A stretch of 64,000 nt of DNA, taken from Candidatus Tayloriibacteriota bacterium (GTDB taxonomy: Bacteria; Patescibacteriota; Minisyncoccia; Phycocordibacterales; UBA6065). Shown piece by piece: positions 8,802 to 18,157 of the stretch. The stretch covers positions 25,866 to 89,865 of the forward strand of contig JACRJQ010000008.1 of the NCBI GenBank assembly GCA_016215405.1, written 5' to 3'. Below the pieces are notes generated by a model. It had not been told where the DNA came from. It ran no database searches and saw only the letters and a program-made list of their open reading frames with translations. Made by a program: the position numbers and the translations under genes. Numbering within the stretch: the stretch's first letter is position 1; the number at the start of each line of letters is the position of its first letter.

Positions 8802-9224
8802 ATGAAGATATCTCTCGTAACGGTCGGAAAGACGCAGGGAAAGGAGTTCGCCGAGTCTATCGCGGACTATTCGAAGCGCGTCTCGCGCTACGTCCAGTTC
8901 GAGTTCGTCGATACGGTCGAGGAAAGGCTCGCCAAAGCGCTCGAAAAGATGGATCGCGTGTTCCTCCTCGACGAGCACGGCAAAGAATATACGTCCATGG
9001 AATTCTCGGGCTTTGTAGAGAAACAATTGAACGCCGGCGTGAAGAACGTCGCCTTCGTCATAGGCGGACCCTTCGGATTCTCGGACGAGGTCCGCGCCCT
9101 CGCCGACTCCTCCATCGCCCTCTCGAAGATGACCTTCCCCCACGACCTTTGCCGGGTCGTATTCCTCGAGCAGCTCTATCGGGCGTTCTCCATCCTTCGA
9201 AACGAGAAGTACCACCACGAATAG
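8802..9224 (+). CDS. rlmH: 23S rRNA pseudouridine-1915 N3-methyltransferase
   Basis: LDEHGK, FVIGGPFG, LSKMTFPH, EQLYRAFSIL..KYHHE. Confidence 0.96.
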   Translation: MKISLVTVGKTQGKEFAESIADYSKRVSRYVQFEFVDTVEERLAKALEKMDRVFLLDEHGKEYTSMEFSGFVEKQLNAGVKNVAFVIGGPFGFSDEVRALADSSIALSKMTFPHDLCRVVFLEQLYRAFSILRNEKYHHE

Positions 9225-9265
9225 CTTCCAAATCGCCCTCCTATCGCTTACTATAGAAGTCCATT

Positions 9266-10663
9266 ATGGAAAATCCCAAGAAGGTCCACTTCATAGGCAT
9301 CTGCGGCGTCGCTATGAGCGCCGTGGCGACTGCTCTGTGGCAGAAAGGATTTAAAGTGACAGGATCTGACGCGGGCTTCTATCCGCCCGTCTCGACGCAC
9401 CTCTCGAACGCGGGCATCCCCTACTATTCGGGCTGGCATCCGGAGAAGATGGTCGAGGGCGGCGCGCCGGACCTCGTCGTCGTGGGCAACGCCGTATCGA
9501 GCCAGAATCCCGAATTCGTCTACGTAAAAGAGAGAGGCATCCCTTTTAAATCCTATCCAGAAGCCGTGGGCGAACATCTCATAAAGCCCCATTCGGTGGT
9601 CGCTTCTGGCACGTACGGCAAGACGACTTCATCCGCGCTCCTCTCGCACATATGGAAGCATGCGAGCCTGAAGCCGTCGTACATGTACGGCGGACTCACT
9701 CAGGACGGCGCTCCGTCAGCCGCGGCGGATTCGGGCGAATGGTCTATCGTCGAAGGAGACGAATATTCCACTTCGAAATGGGACAAGGGAGCGAAATTCT
9801 TCCACTACAGGCCTACGCACCTCCTCCTCACGGCGGTAAAGTGGGACCATGCCGACCTCTACCCTACGGAAGAATCGTACTTCGACGCTTTCAAGAAGCT
9901 CGTCTCCCTCGTGCCCAAAGACGGCGTTATCGTCGGATGCATAGACGTCGAGAGCGTCCCCAAGCTCCTCGCGAAGAGGGATTTCATAAGCTACGGAGCT
10001 CACAAGGACGCGTCGTACAGGTACGAGAACATCGTCCAGACTCCTTCCGGACTCACTTTCGATATCGTCTACCACGGCAAGAAGTACAATATCGAATCCC
10101 CTCTCCTCGGCGCATACAACGCAGAGAACATCACGGGCTGCTTCGCTATGGCGTACGCGTGCGGCATCTCCCCCGGAGACATCTCGGATGCGATAAAGAC
10201 GTTTCCCGGGATGAAGAGGCGGCTCGAAAAGCGCTACGAGAACGCCGTGACAGTGATAGACGATATCGCCCATTCGCCGGAGAAGGCGCGATCGGTCCTC
10301 AACAACCTCCGCCACATCTACTCAGGTCTCGTCATCGCCGTCTACGAGCCGAACATCGGCAACCGCACGACCCAATCGAAGCCGGCGTACAAGGATGCGT
10401 TCAAGGACGCTGACACGGTCGTCATCCCCCGCCTCACGAAGCTCAAGGTAGACCCCGACAATCCTGAGGCGTATTTCGACGGAGACGAGCTCGCCGCGAC
10501 CATAGAAGAGAGCCACAAGGAGGTGCACTATCTCGACAGCGACGAAGAGCTCGTCGAATTCCTGGTAAAAGCCCGCGGCAAAGGCGACGTTATAGCGTTT
10601 TTAGGCTCCCACGGCTTTCGCGGGATGATAGAAGAGACGGTAAAGAGGCTGGCACAAAACTAG
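9266..10663 (+). CDS. Mur ligase, Mpl/MurC family (more Mpl-like)
   Basis: HFIGICGVAM, YPPVS, GTYGKTTSS, VEGDEY, WDHADLY, GMKRRLE, DDIAHSP. Confidence 0.85.
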   Translation: MENPKKVHFIGICGVAMSAVATALWQKGFKVTGSDAGFYPPVSTHLSNAGIPYYSGWHPEKMVEGGAPDLVVVGNAVSSQNPEFVYVKERGIPFKSYPEAVGEHLIKPHSVVASGTYGKTTSSALLSHIWKHASLKPSYMYGGLTQDGAPSAAADSGEWSIVEGDEYSTSKWDKGAKFFHYRPTHLLLTAVKWDHADLYPTEESYFDAFKKLVSLVPKDGVIVGCIDVESVPKLLAKRDFISYGAHKDASYRYENIVQTPSGLTFDIVYHGKKYNIESPLLGAYNAENITGCFAMAYACGISPGDISDAIKTFPGMKRRLEKRYENAVTVIDDIAHSPEKARSVLNNLRHIYSGLVIAVYEPNIGNRTTQSKPAYKDAFKDADTVVIPRLTKLKVDPDNPEAYFDGDELAATIEESHKEVHYLDSDEELVEFLVKARGKGDVIAFLGSHGFRGMIEETVKRLAQN

Positions 10664-10715
10664 AAAAACCACGTCAGAGGCGTGGCTTTTCTTACCTCCC
10701 CTCTCCAACCTCCTG

Positions 10716-10840
10716 TCGAATCCGCGTTCTTCTTTGCGAGGATCGTGCCGAGTCTTCGAGGACGCTTGCGCTCCGCAGCAAAGAAAACGCGGATCGGCTA
10801 AAGAAGGAGCTTGGATTCCGGGTCAAGCCCGGAAAGACAG
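10716..10840 (+). repeat. Dispersed structured repeat, copy 2, followed by a GGATTCCGGGTCAAGCCCGGAA palindrome
   Basis: TCCGCGTTCTTCTTTGCGAGGA...TCCGCAGCAAAGAAAACGCGGATCGGCTAAAGAA, then a second hairpin at 10813-10839. Confidence 0.7.
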
Positions 10841-10857
10841 AGGAGGGTGGGGACCCT

Positions 10858-11022
10858 CTATTTTCCCTCGTCCACGATCTCTAGAGCGACCTTATCTCCA
10901 TCGAGAGAGACGACCTCGAGCACGATCCCGCACAGAGGGCATTCTATGACGTACCCCTTAGTGATCTTCGGATGCTTCGAGACGTCGATATCGTTCTTGC
11001 ATTCTGGGCAGACGCATTTCAT
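10858..11022 (-). CDS. LysW-like Zn-ribbon carrier protein with non-canonical C-terminus
   Basis: MKCVCPECKNDIDVSKHPKITKGYVIECPLCGIVLEVVSLDGDKVALEIVDEGK (54 aa): CPEC...IECPxCG.xLEVV as in LysW, but ends DEGK rather than EDWGE. Confidence 0.75.
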   Translation of the reverse strand: MKCVCPECKNDIDVSKHPKITKGYVIECPLCGIVLEVVSLDGDKVALEIVDEGK

Positions 11023-11086
11023 ATTCGTTGGTCGTTTAGGTCTAAAGCGCTTTATATAATACCCGAAAGGGGCTAGTATACAAGGC

Positions 11087-11920
11087 ATGTTCGGCATAGC
11101 ACTCACGGCGCTCGGGTCGTTTCTCGACGAGACGGCCGCTTCCATCGGAAAGTGGGCAGTCACCCACAAGAAAGAGCCCCTTATGGTCATGGGGTTCCTC
11201 AACGTATTCTGGGTAAGCGCCATCTTCGGCGCGGTCGCTCTGTTCAAGGGAGAGTTCGCGTTCGCGCCCGCCGCCCTTCCCCTCTTCCTCACAAGGTCGG
11301 TCTTCGAGATCGCTCAATTCCACATAGGCCTCCTCGCCACGGTCAAAAGCGACAGAAGCGCCTTAGGATTCCTCATGATCCTCACGCTCCCCCTCCTCCT
11401 CGCCGTTGATACCGTCCTCGGCTACGAGATGACGACCTTGCAGCTTCTCGGCGTCGCGACGATCGTCCTCTCCCTGGCCCTCCTTCTCGTAAATCACGGC
11501 ATATCGAAAAAAGGGCTCGGCTACGCCCTCTTCATCGCGATCAATCCCGTGATCACCATCTCGATGTTCAAGTACTCGATCACCCATTACAATACGGTCG
11601 AAGTCGAACAGAGCCTCATGTTCGGCGTGCTCGCCGTCTACGGCGCCGCCATGTCGTACGTCATGCACAGGGAGAATCCCTTCAAATACCTCAAGAACCC
11701 GCTCTGCCTCGCTCACTCGCTCTTGCGCGGCGTAAGCGGGACCATGCACAGCTTCGCGTACGTATTCGCGCCTGCGTCCGTCATCACCACGGCGAAGCGC
11801 GCCGCATCGCTCTTCGCGGCCGTAGTGTCCGGGAACGTCTACTTCCACGAGAAGCATCTCGTCTTGAAGCTCGCGTCGTTCTCGCTTATCGTCTTGGGCC
11901 TTATACTCATCGTAGTATAG
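11087..11920 (+). CDS. EamA/DMT-family membrane transporter
   Basis: About 10 TM helices in two repeats; ASVITTAKR...FHEK. Confidence 0.7.
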   Translation: MFGIALTALGSFLDETAASIGKWAVTHKKEPLMVMGFLNVFWVSAIFGAVALFKGEFAFAPAALPLFLTRSVFEIAQFHIGLLATVKSDRSALGFLMILTLPLLLAVDTVLGYEMTTLQLLGVATIVLSLALLLVNHGISKKGLGYALFIAINPVITISMFKYSITHYNTVEVEQSLMFGVLAVYGAAMSYVMHRENPFKYLKNPLCLAHSLLRGVSGTMHSFAYVFAPASVITTAKRAASLFAAVVSGNVYFHEKHLVLKLASFSLIVLGLILIVV

Positions 11921-11929
11921 TTACATCAT

Positions 11930-12811
11930 ATGCTTACCCCTCAGATAGAAGCGCCAGAGATAGCAGAGGAGCTCGGCATCCCGAAGCTCTATATAAAGCG
12001 CGAAGACCTGCATCCGTACGGGTCGCATAAGGGCCGCTCTATCCCTATGATGATAGACCTCAAGGCCGCCCGAGGGGCCAAAGAATTCGCCATATCTTCT
12101 TCCGGGAACGCGGCGATAGCGGCCGCTCGGCATATCGAGAAGAGGAACCTCGCGGGAGACGACCTGAGGCTCACCATCTTCGTAGGCGAGAGGATAGGCG
12201 AGGCGAAAAGAAAAGCGCTCGAGAACGTATCGATCGACGAGAGGATCAAGGTCGTGGACTCTCCCCGCCCCCTTCAGGCCCTCTTCAACCTGCTCAAAAG
12301 CGAGAACGGAAAGCCCGAGAGCCTGCGCCAGTCGACCGACCCTGAGGCTCTGCCAGGCTATAAATCGCTCGCCTTCGAGATCGCAGGCACCCCCGACCTG
12401 TCCGCGGTCTTCATCGGCACGTCTTCGGGGACATCCGCCCAGGCGCTCGCTGAATATCTCATAGAGCACGAAAAGAACGCCCAGATACACGTCGTCCAGA
12501 CGCGCGGGAACTCCCCTATCGCTCGGGCGTTCGATGCCGAAGAATACGAAGGCGAACCCTCTCTCGCCGATGCCATCGTAGACAAGGTCGCTCACAGGAA
12601 GGACGCCCTCGAAGAGGCGGTGCGGAGGACCGGAGGCTCGGGATGGGTCGCTTCTAATGCCGACATAGAGAAGGCCGTAAGGCTTTTGAGCGAGAAGGCG
12701 AATGTCCGAGCCACGCCGAACGGAGCCTTGGGCCTCGCCGGCGTCATACGCGCGATCTCCAAAGGCTGGAAGCCAGAAGGCGCGGTCGTAGCGATCGTGA
12801 CGGGAAGGTAA
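11930..12811 (+). CDS. PLP-dependent fold type II enzyme (threonine synthase/cysteine synthase-like)
   Basis: LYIKREDLHPYGSHKGR (PLP Lys), SSSGNAA, GTSSGTS, VVAIVTG. Confidence 0.85.
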   Translation: MLTPQIEAPEIAEELGIPKLYIKREDLHPYGSHKGRSIPMMIDLKAARGAKEFAISSSGNAAIAAARHIEKRNLAGDDLRLTIFVGERIGEAKRKALENVSIDERIKVVDSPRPLQALFNLLKSENGKPESLRQSTDPEALPGYKSLAFEIAGTPDLSAVFIGTSSGTSAQALAEYLIEHEKNAQIHVVQTRGNSPIARAFDAEEYEGEPSLADAIVDKVAHRKDALEEAVRRTGGSGWVASNADIEKAVRLLSEKANVRATPNGALGLAGVIRAISKGWKPEGAVVAIVTGR

Positions 12812-12843
12812 TCAAAAGCCCGCTTCTATAAGCGGGCTCGCTG

Positions 12844-13197
12844 TCAGGGGGCCTTCCGGGCCCTCCATCGTTCGAGAGAGAAGACCGATTCCGTGCGCAT
12901 GGCGTCGTCGTCTTGGTCGTCTTCCATGACGATTATGCAGACCGTGTCCGGGCCGTGCTTGCGGACGAAGCCGAGCTTGCCTGCATGGGAGCTTTTTATG
13001 TTGACGGGCGTTTTCTTGCCGTCTTTCGAAAAGACGAAGAAGTCTATGTCCTCGCCGCGGGCGCCCTTCGTCTTCGCGCGCTCGATCCGATCGAGCCAAT
13101 CCGGCGCCTTCGCCGAGTCTCGGAAGAGGGCGAGGAACCGCTCCTCGCTCCTGCGTCCCCTCTCTCGCTTTGAATGAGCGTCTCCATCGGTGTTCAT
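12844..13197 (-). CDS. Small PD-(D/E)XK-like nuclease-fold protein (tentative)
   Basis: GRRSEERF helix, DIDFFV, VNIKSS. Confidence 0.45.
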   Translation of the reverse strand: MNTDGDAHSKRERGRRSEERFLALFRDSAKAPDWLDRIERAKTKGARGEDIDFFVFSKDGKKTPVNIKSSHAGKLGFVRKHGPDTVCIIVMEDDQDDDAMRTESVFSLERWRARKAP

Positions 13198-13307
13198 CGG
13201 TGATGTTTCCTCCTTCCCTATTATAGACAATAAAAAAGGGGCCAGTGAGATGTCCTGGCCCCGTTCCCTTTCAAGCGCCCTTCTCTGTGAGAGCCGCGCT
13301 ATCGGGG

Positions 13308-14714
13308 TTATTGTGTCGCCTTCTGCGCCGCCTCGGACGCTCCGTCGAGGACGGCGCCGAGATCAAGCGACCCCACCACCGCCTCCCAACCGTCCCGCGT
13401 CGCGGTCTTCTGCACTGAGGACGCGCCGTCAGGGGAGCTCTCGTAGCGCTCGATCCACTCCGCCTGCCCGTTCCCCGAGAACGCGCTCTTCGCGATGTCG
13501 ATGATGGCCGACATCGGAAGAAGGGAGCGGTTATACGGATGGGCGAACGATCCCGAGAGGAGCAGACGCTCGAAGGCAAGATGCCATTCGGGGCTGCACT
13601 CCTTGGTGCCGTTCCCCATGGCTTCCACGATCGAGGCCTTCCTGCCCGTCCGCGCCTTGTGCTCCGCCATGCGAACCATGGTAGCGAAGTCTTCGAGCGA
13701 CGGGCCGCCGTTCGGGTTCGAGACGACTTGGTATTGCCCGGACGAGCTACGGATCGCGACGATTGCCCAAGGGCCCTCGATCGACGATTTCGCGGCTTTT
13801 CCGGCATACTCGTTGTCGCTTTCGATGAAGAACGCGCGAGCCTTTGCCGAATCGACATCGATCTCGACCGCGACGGGCTTCTCCTTCATTTCGGCTAACG
13901 CCTTCATGTGGAGGACCTCGTCGAGATAGAGAGCGCGGAACGCCTCTTTGAGCCAGCGCTCGCGCACGGGAGACCGCATCTTCGACGCGATCGCCGCAAG
14001 CTCGGTCACCCGCTCGCCTTTGTGGGCGACGCTCCCCCGGATATAGCGGGAGACCTTCTGGGTCGAGTTGTGCGCCTTGTTGTAGCCACGATGGAGGGAG
14101 TAATCCTTCCAAGCGGCTTCGAGGTCGAACCTCTCGTCCGTCCTCCCGAACACGATGGCGTCGTAAGCGGCAGAGGCCCAGAGGTATGTCGCCTCCTGGT
14201 CTCCGCCCCCTTTGACGCGATGCATGATCTTGATGAGGTTGGCGAGCTGGGTATGTCCCACCTTCGGCTGCGTATCGCACCAGAGGGTCTCCTCGAGGAG
14301 CTCCTTCATACCCGGCTTTCCGAGGACGCGCAGGCGCTGCGCCACGAGAAGCGCCGCGCAGGTGCCCTGAAGGCGCCCTTGCGGCGTATGCTCGTCGAAG
14401 ACGTAGCCCTGCGGATTCTTGACCGTCCCGCCCAGACCGATGTAGATCCGATTGGGGTAGGTCGTTTCGAGCTTTTCGGCGAGGAAGACGAGCTTGGCGT
14501 TTTTTACGCCAGGGAACGCCTCCGCGCCGAACCGGTCGAACTGCCAAGTGCCGAGCATCTCGTCGTTATCCGCGCGGTTATGCGCATAGACGGCGACGAT
14601 GGGCTCGACCCGTGACAGGTTGGTGTGGTTGCGGCCGTTATGGCCGCGATTTTCGATGTGCTTCATTTTCTGGATGGGTCTTGCGACCCGACTGGGTTTC
14701 TGTGTTTGGGGCAA
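13308..14714 (-). CDS. Hypothetical protein with N-terminal MYG1/DHH-like motifs
   Basis: AH...DNDE, IGLGG, FDEH, CAALLVA; own promoter upstream. Start TTG 14714 or ATG 14666. Confidence 0.6.
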   Translation of the reverse strand: MPQTQKPSRVARPIQKMKHIENRGHNGRNHTNLSRVEPIVAVYAHNRADNDEMLGTWQFDRFGAEAFPGVKNAKLVFLAEKLETTYPNRIYIGLGGTVKNPQGYVFDEHTPQGRLQGTCAALLVAQRLRVLGKPGMKELLEETLWCDTQPKVGHTQLANLIKIMHRVKGGGDQEATYLWASAAYDAIVFGRTDERFDLEAAWKDYSLHRGYNKAHNSTQKVSRYIRGSVAHKGERVTELAAIASKMRSPVRERWLKEAFRALYLDEVLHMKALAEMKEKPVAVEIDVDSAKARAFFIESDNEYAGKAAKSSIEGPWAIVAIRSSSGQYQVVSNPNGGPSLEDFATMVRMAEHKARTGRKASIVEAMGNGTKECSPEWHLAFERLLLSGSFAHPYNRSLLPMSAIIDIAKSAFSGNGQAEWIERYESSPDGASSVQKTATRDGWEAVVGSLDLGAVLDGASEAAQKATQ

Positions 14715-14758
14715 TTGCCCTCTCGAGGGCGTACATGAAATGCCGACCTCTACCTACT

Positions 14759-14788
14759 ATTATACCACAATAAATATATAAAAGTCAA
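14759..14788 (-). promoter_or_regulatory. Sigma70 promoter
   Basis: TTGACT-N18-TATAAT with TGn extended -10. Confidence 0.65.
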
Positions 14789-14792
14789 TATA

Positions 14793-14820
14793 GCAAAACC
14801 GCCCTGTAGGGCGGTTTTGC
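14793..14820. terminator. Intrinsic terminator after pyk
   Basis: GCAAAACCGCCC-tgta-GGGCGGTTTTGC. Confidence 0.75.
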
Positions 14821-14839
14821 GTCTCTTCCCTCCCGAGAG

Positions 14840-16258
14840 CTAGAGGGTCTCTACGAGGAGCATGTTGGTCTCCGTCGCCTTGCCGAAAGGCAGGGCGGAC
14901 GCCATGACCACTTTGTCTCCCTTCTTCGCGAGCTTCGACTTGAGGAAGTACTCCCGGACCATCTTGGCGACCTCGTTGAAGTCGGTCGTGCGGTGGACGA
15001 GGACAGGCTGCGTGCCCCACGAGAGGATGGACTGCCTGAAAGTCACCTCGTTAGGGGTGAACACATAGATAGGCTGGGTCGGCTTGTGGCGCGATATGGA
15101 TCGAGCGGATCGGCCCGATTCGGTGAACGAGACGAGATATTTCGCCCCCACTCGATCGGCGTTCTTGACGGCCGAGAGGGTCACGGATTCGCCCGAAGTG
15201 AGGATGGTGCCGGGCACGACGTCGAGGAGCTGCTTCTTGACGAGGCTGCCTTCGACCTGGAGCGCGACCTTCGACATGACCTCGACGGCCTGGACCGGGA
15301 AGTCGCCGAGCGTCGTCTCTTCCGAGAGCATGACAGCGTCGGTGCCGTCGACGATCGCGTTCGCGACGTCGGATACCTCCGCGCGCGTAGGAACGGGCGC
15401 CTTTATCATCGATTCGAGCATCTGGGTCGCCGTGATGACAGGCTTGCCCGCCTCGTTACACTTCCTGATGAGCATCTTCTGGGCCGCAGGGACCTTCTCT
15501 GCGGGTATCTCGATCGCGAGGTCTCCTCGAGCGACCATGATGCCGTCGGCAAGGGCGATTATCTGGTCGATACAGGAGAGGGCCTGAGGGGTCTCGATCT
15601 TGGCGATGATCCTCGCCTTGGACTTCCTCGCTTGGAGGATGGCGCGGAGCTCCTCGATGTCAGAAGGCCTGCGGACGAACGAGAGGGCGATGAAGTCCAC
15701 CTTGTTCTTTATGCCGAATTCGAGGTCGGAGCGATCCTTCTCCGTGAGGGAGGATATCGAGAGGTCCGAGTCCGGCAGGTTCACTCCCCTCTTGCCCTTT
15801 ATCTCGCCGCCGACGAGGATCTTGCAGACGACGTCGTTGCCCTTCACGTCGAGGACTTCGAGCTTCTTCCTGCCGTCGTGGAGGAATACGATATGGCCCT
15901 TCTTCACCTCTTTCGCGAAATTAGGATAGTTCACCGAGACGCGCGTCTCGTCGCCCTCGACCTTCTCGGTCGTGAGCGTGAACTTCTTGCCTTCGACGAG
16001 CATGACCGATTCGGTCTTGAAGGTGCCGATGCGGATCTTCGGGCCGCCGAGGTCCTGGAGGGTGGCCGCCGGGATGCCGGTCTTCTCCACGGCCTTCTTG
16101 AGGTTCTTCACGCGGTTGCCGTGCTCGGTGAAATCGCCGTGAGAGAAGTTGAGGCGCATCACGTTCATCCCGGCCTTAAGGAGCTCGGTGAGCCTCTCTT
16201 CGGACTCGGTCGCTGGGCCTATGGTACAGACGATCTTCGTTTTCTTGGCGGTTATCAT
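14840..16258 (-). CDS. pyk: Pyruvate kinase
   Basis: KTKIVCTIGPA, RLNFSHG, IIAKIE, GIMVARGDL, ATQMLESM, PTRAEVSDV. Confidence 0.98.
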   Translation of the reverse strand: MITAKKTKIVCTIGPATESEERLTELLKAGMNVMRLNFSHGDFTEHGNRVKNLKKAVEKTGIPAATLQDLGGPKIRIGTFKTESVMLVEGKKFTLTTEKVEGDETRVSVNYPNFAKEVKKGHIVFLHDGRKKLEVLDVKGNDVVCKILVGGEIKGKRGVNLPDSDLSISSLTEKDRSDLEFGIKNKVDFIALSFVRRPSDIEELRAILQARKSKARIIAKIETPQALSCIDQIIALADGIMVARGDLAIEIPAEKVPAAQKMLIRKCNEAGKPVITATQMLESMIKAPVPTRAEVSDVANAIVDGTDAVMLSEETTLGDFPVQAVEVMSKVALQVEGSLVKKQLLDVVPGTILTSGESVTLSAVKNADRVGAKYLVSFTESGRSARSISRHKPTQPIYVFTPNEVTFRQSILSWGTQPVLVHRTTDFNEVAKMVREYFLKSKLAKKGDKVVMASALPFGKATETNMLLVETL

Positions 16259-16405
16259 TTCTTGCGTGGTTTATATCCTAAAAATAAGACGAGTCCTTAT
16301 GATACAGAAAAACGGCGTTTTTTCAAACGATTCAACGATAAAGCCCGACCAAGCGCTCGATCCCTGCGACCTGCGGGACAAAGAACGGTCGGGCGCGATA
16401 CGATC

Positions 16406-17032
16406 CTAGACTGCCGGATGAGGGTCGGGAGCCTTTACAGGGAGCGCTTTGAGGCTCTGGTATACGTAGACCGTCGCGAGAAGGCATACGGGAGACGTGA
16501 TGAGAAGGCCGACCCCTAGAGCGAGGGCCCCGAGAAGATTGAGGAGGAAGAGGACGACCGAGAATCCGAGAAGGTCCCAGAATCGCCCTTTCGTAAGCGA
16601 CCAGCTCCTCTTTATGGACTCGAGGGGCTTCATATCCTCCTCGACCAAAGCGAAGGCGAAGACGCCGAGCCTCACCACGAGATAGACGCCGGGAAGTATG
16701 AGCGCCGCGAAACCGGCGATATAAGATACCGTAAAGAGGAGGGTCGCGAGGACGTAGCGGCCGAACATCCCCCAGCTCGCCGCGAAGATATCCTTCGCCT
16801 CCGGCTTCCCTCCCGCATGGATCTTGAGGCCGACCCGAACGAACGTGAGCATCGCGAAGAGGTTGACCGCCATCCCCAGAAGCTGCGCGGCCAGGCTCTT
16901 GTCTCCCGTGAATCCGATTATGCCCGCGGCGACGAAGAACCCGAGGGTGAGAAGGACGAGGAATTTCACGTTCTCTCGGAATTTCGTCCAACCGTAAGAA
17001 AGGGCCTCCTTTATAGTGAATGTAGATTGCAT
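16406..17032 (-). CDS. Integral membrane protein (DUF975-like)
   Basis: LILPGVY, ESIKRSWSLTKG, GVGLLITSP. Confidence 0.75.
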   Translation of the reverse strand: MQSTFTIKEALSYGWTKFRENVKFLVLLTLGFFVAAGIIGFTGDKSLAAQLLGMAVNLFAMLTFVRVGLKIHAGGKPEAKDIFAASWGMFGRYVLATLLFTVSYIAGFAALILPGVYLVVRLGVFAFALVEEDMKPLESIKRSWSLTKGRFWDLLGFSVVLFLLNLLGALALGVGLLITSPVCLLATVYVYQSLKALPVKAPDPHPAV

Positions 17033-17082
17033 GGTGTGCGCTATTGATTAGGTGGGTCTATTTTACCAAATAAAAGCCGCCT

Positions 17083-17895
17083 TTATTCCTTCGCGAGCGC
17101 GTGGCCTGCTCCCCTGCCTAAGGCATAGATCCTGCCTATCTCCCGGGCCGAGAGCGACTTATTGAAGAAATGTATATCGTCGATAAGGAGCGTAGAGTCG
17201 AAATAGGGCGTCGGAAAATAGAGGACCGAAGTGGCGTCGAGATTGATCCCGATAAGGACCGAGGCGTCGGCTTTGCCTTGGAGCGCCCCGTCGACATATA
17301 TGGCGAGAGTGTTCGCGGTCCGATCGAGGACGCATGAGGCGTAGTGCCATTGACCGTCGTTATAAGCCGTCGTGCCTACGATAGAGAGCGTGCCGTTCGT
17401 GTGGACATAGCACTGAAGCGCGCCGCCAGTAAGATTCATTATCATCCCGCTCGCATTCGAGCTGTCGGATTTGCGCATGAGCGCGGCGCCCGCCTGAGTT
17501 GTTTTAAACCACATCGCTCTCGTAGCGCTGCCGAGCCCTATATCGAGGATGGCGCTGTCGGGCACGGTCACTCCCTGACCGTTGGTCATGGAGAGCGAGC
17601 AGCCGACCGCCATCGGAGAATCGTTCGATACCCATACGGGAGAGCCGTTGAAGGCGCCGTTGTTCCCGTAGCCTGAGCGGTCGCGGACCGTCGTACCCGA
17701 ACATTCGTCGAGGTCCCAAAGGCCGACGAGTTGGTCGCCGAGAGCCCTGTCGGTGGTAGCGGCCGCTTGCTTCCCCGCCGCTATCCTCGCCTTGGCGCGA
17801 GCGGCGTTAAGAGAGGAAAGGACCACGCTCGAAAGGAGCGATATGATCGATATGACGACGAGAAGCTCTATGAGGGTGAAGGCGCGGCGAGACAT
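17083..17895 (-). CDS. Type IV pilin-like protein with LamG/concanavalin-like domain
   Basis: Class III signal RAFTLIELLVVISII; GLWDLDE..G..VRDRSG, NDGQWHY, IYVDG, IDD. Confidence 0.85.
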   Translation of the reverse strand: MSRRAFTLIELLVVISIISLLSSVVLSSLNAARAKARIAAGKQAAATTDRALGDQLVGLWDLDECSGTTVRDRSGYGNNGAFNGSPVWVSNDSPMAVGCSLSMTNGQGVTVPDSAILDIGLGSATRAMWFKTTQAGAALMRKSDSSNASGMIMNLTGGALQCYVHTNGTLSIVGTTAYNDGQWHYASCVLDRTANTLAIYVDGALQGKADASVLIGINLDATSVLYFPTPYFDSTLLIDDIHFFNKSLSAREIGRIYALGRGAGHALAKE

Positions 17896-18157
17896 GACGG
17901 AATTTTAGCATGGAGAAACGGCTTCAAATCCTAGACGCAGCTCCACAGGAGCTGCTTACGCGCACACTAGGAATTTTGGTCATTACATGACCAGTATCCG
18001 TTTCCCATTTCTTCGGATGCGTACATGTGGTCACAGGTCTCTTCGCCTCGTCAGGCTCACAGCCCGCGACCCCGCCTCGCGGCTTTTCGAAACGAAAAGC
18101 ATCGCTCCGGCTCGCACAAACGGAAAATCTTGCCACTGGCAGGATTTTCCAAATTTG

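Noticed and set aside
11023-11292. Extended 144-aa version of the LysW-like ORF
   Set aside because: Overlaps the DMT gene antisense; the Zn-ribbon begins at ATG 11022.
14993-16519. Long antisense ORFs (also 27228-28616, 35168-36457, 54966-56966, 59280-60866)
   Set aside because: Shadow frames opposite clear genes, expected from GC-rich codon usage; no motifs.
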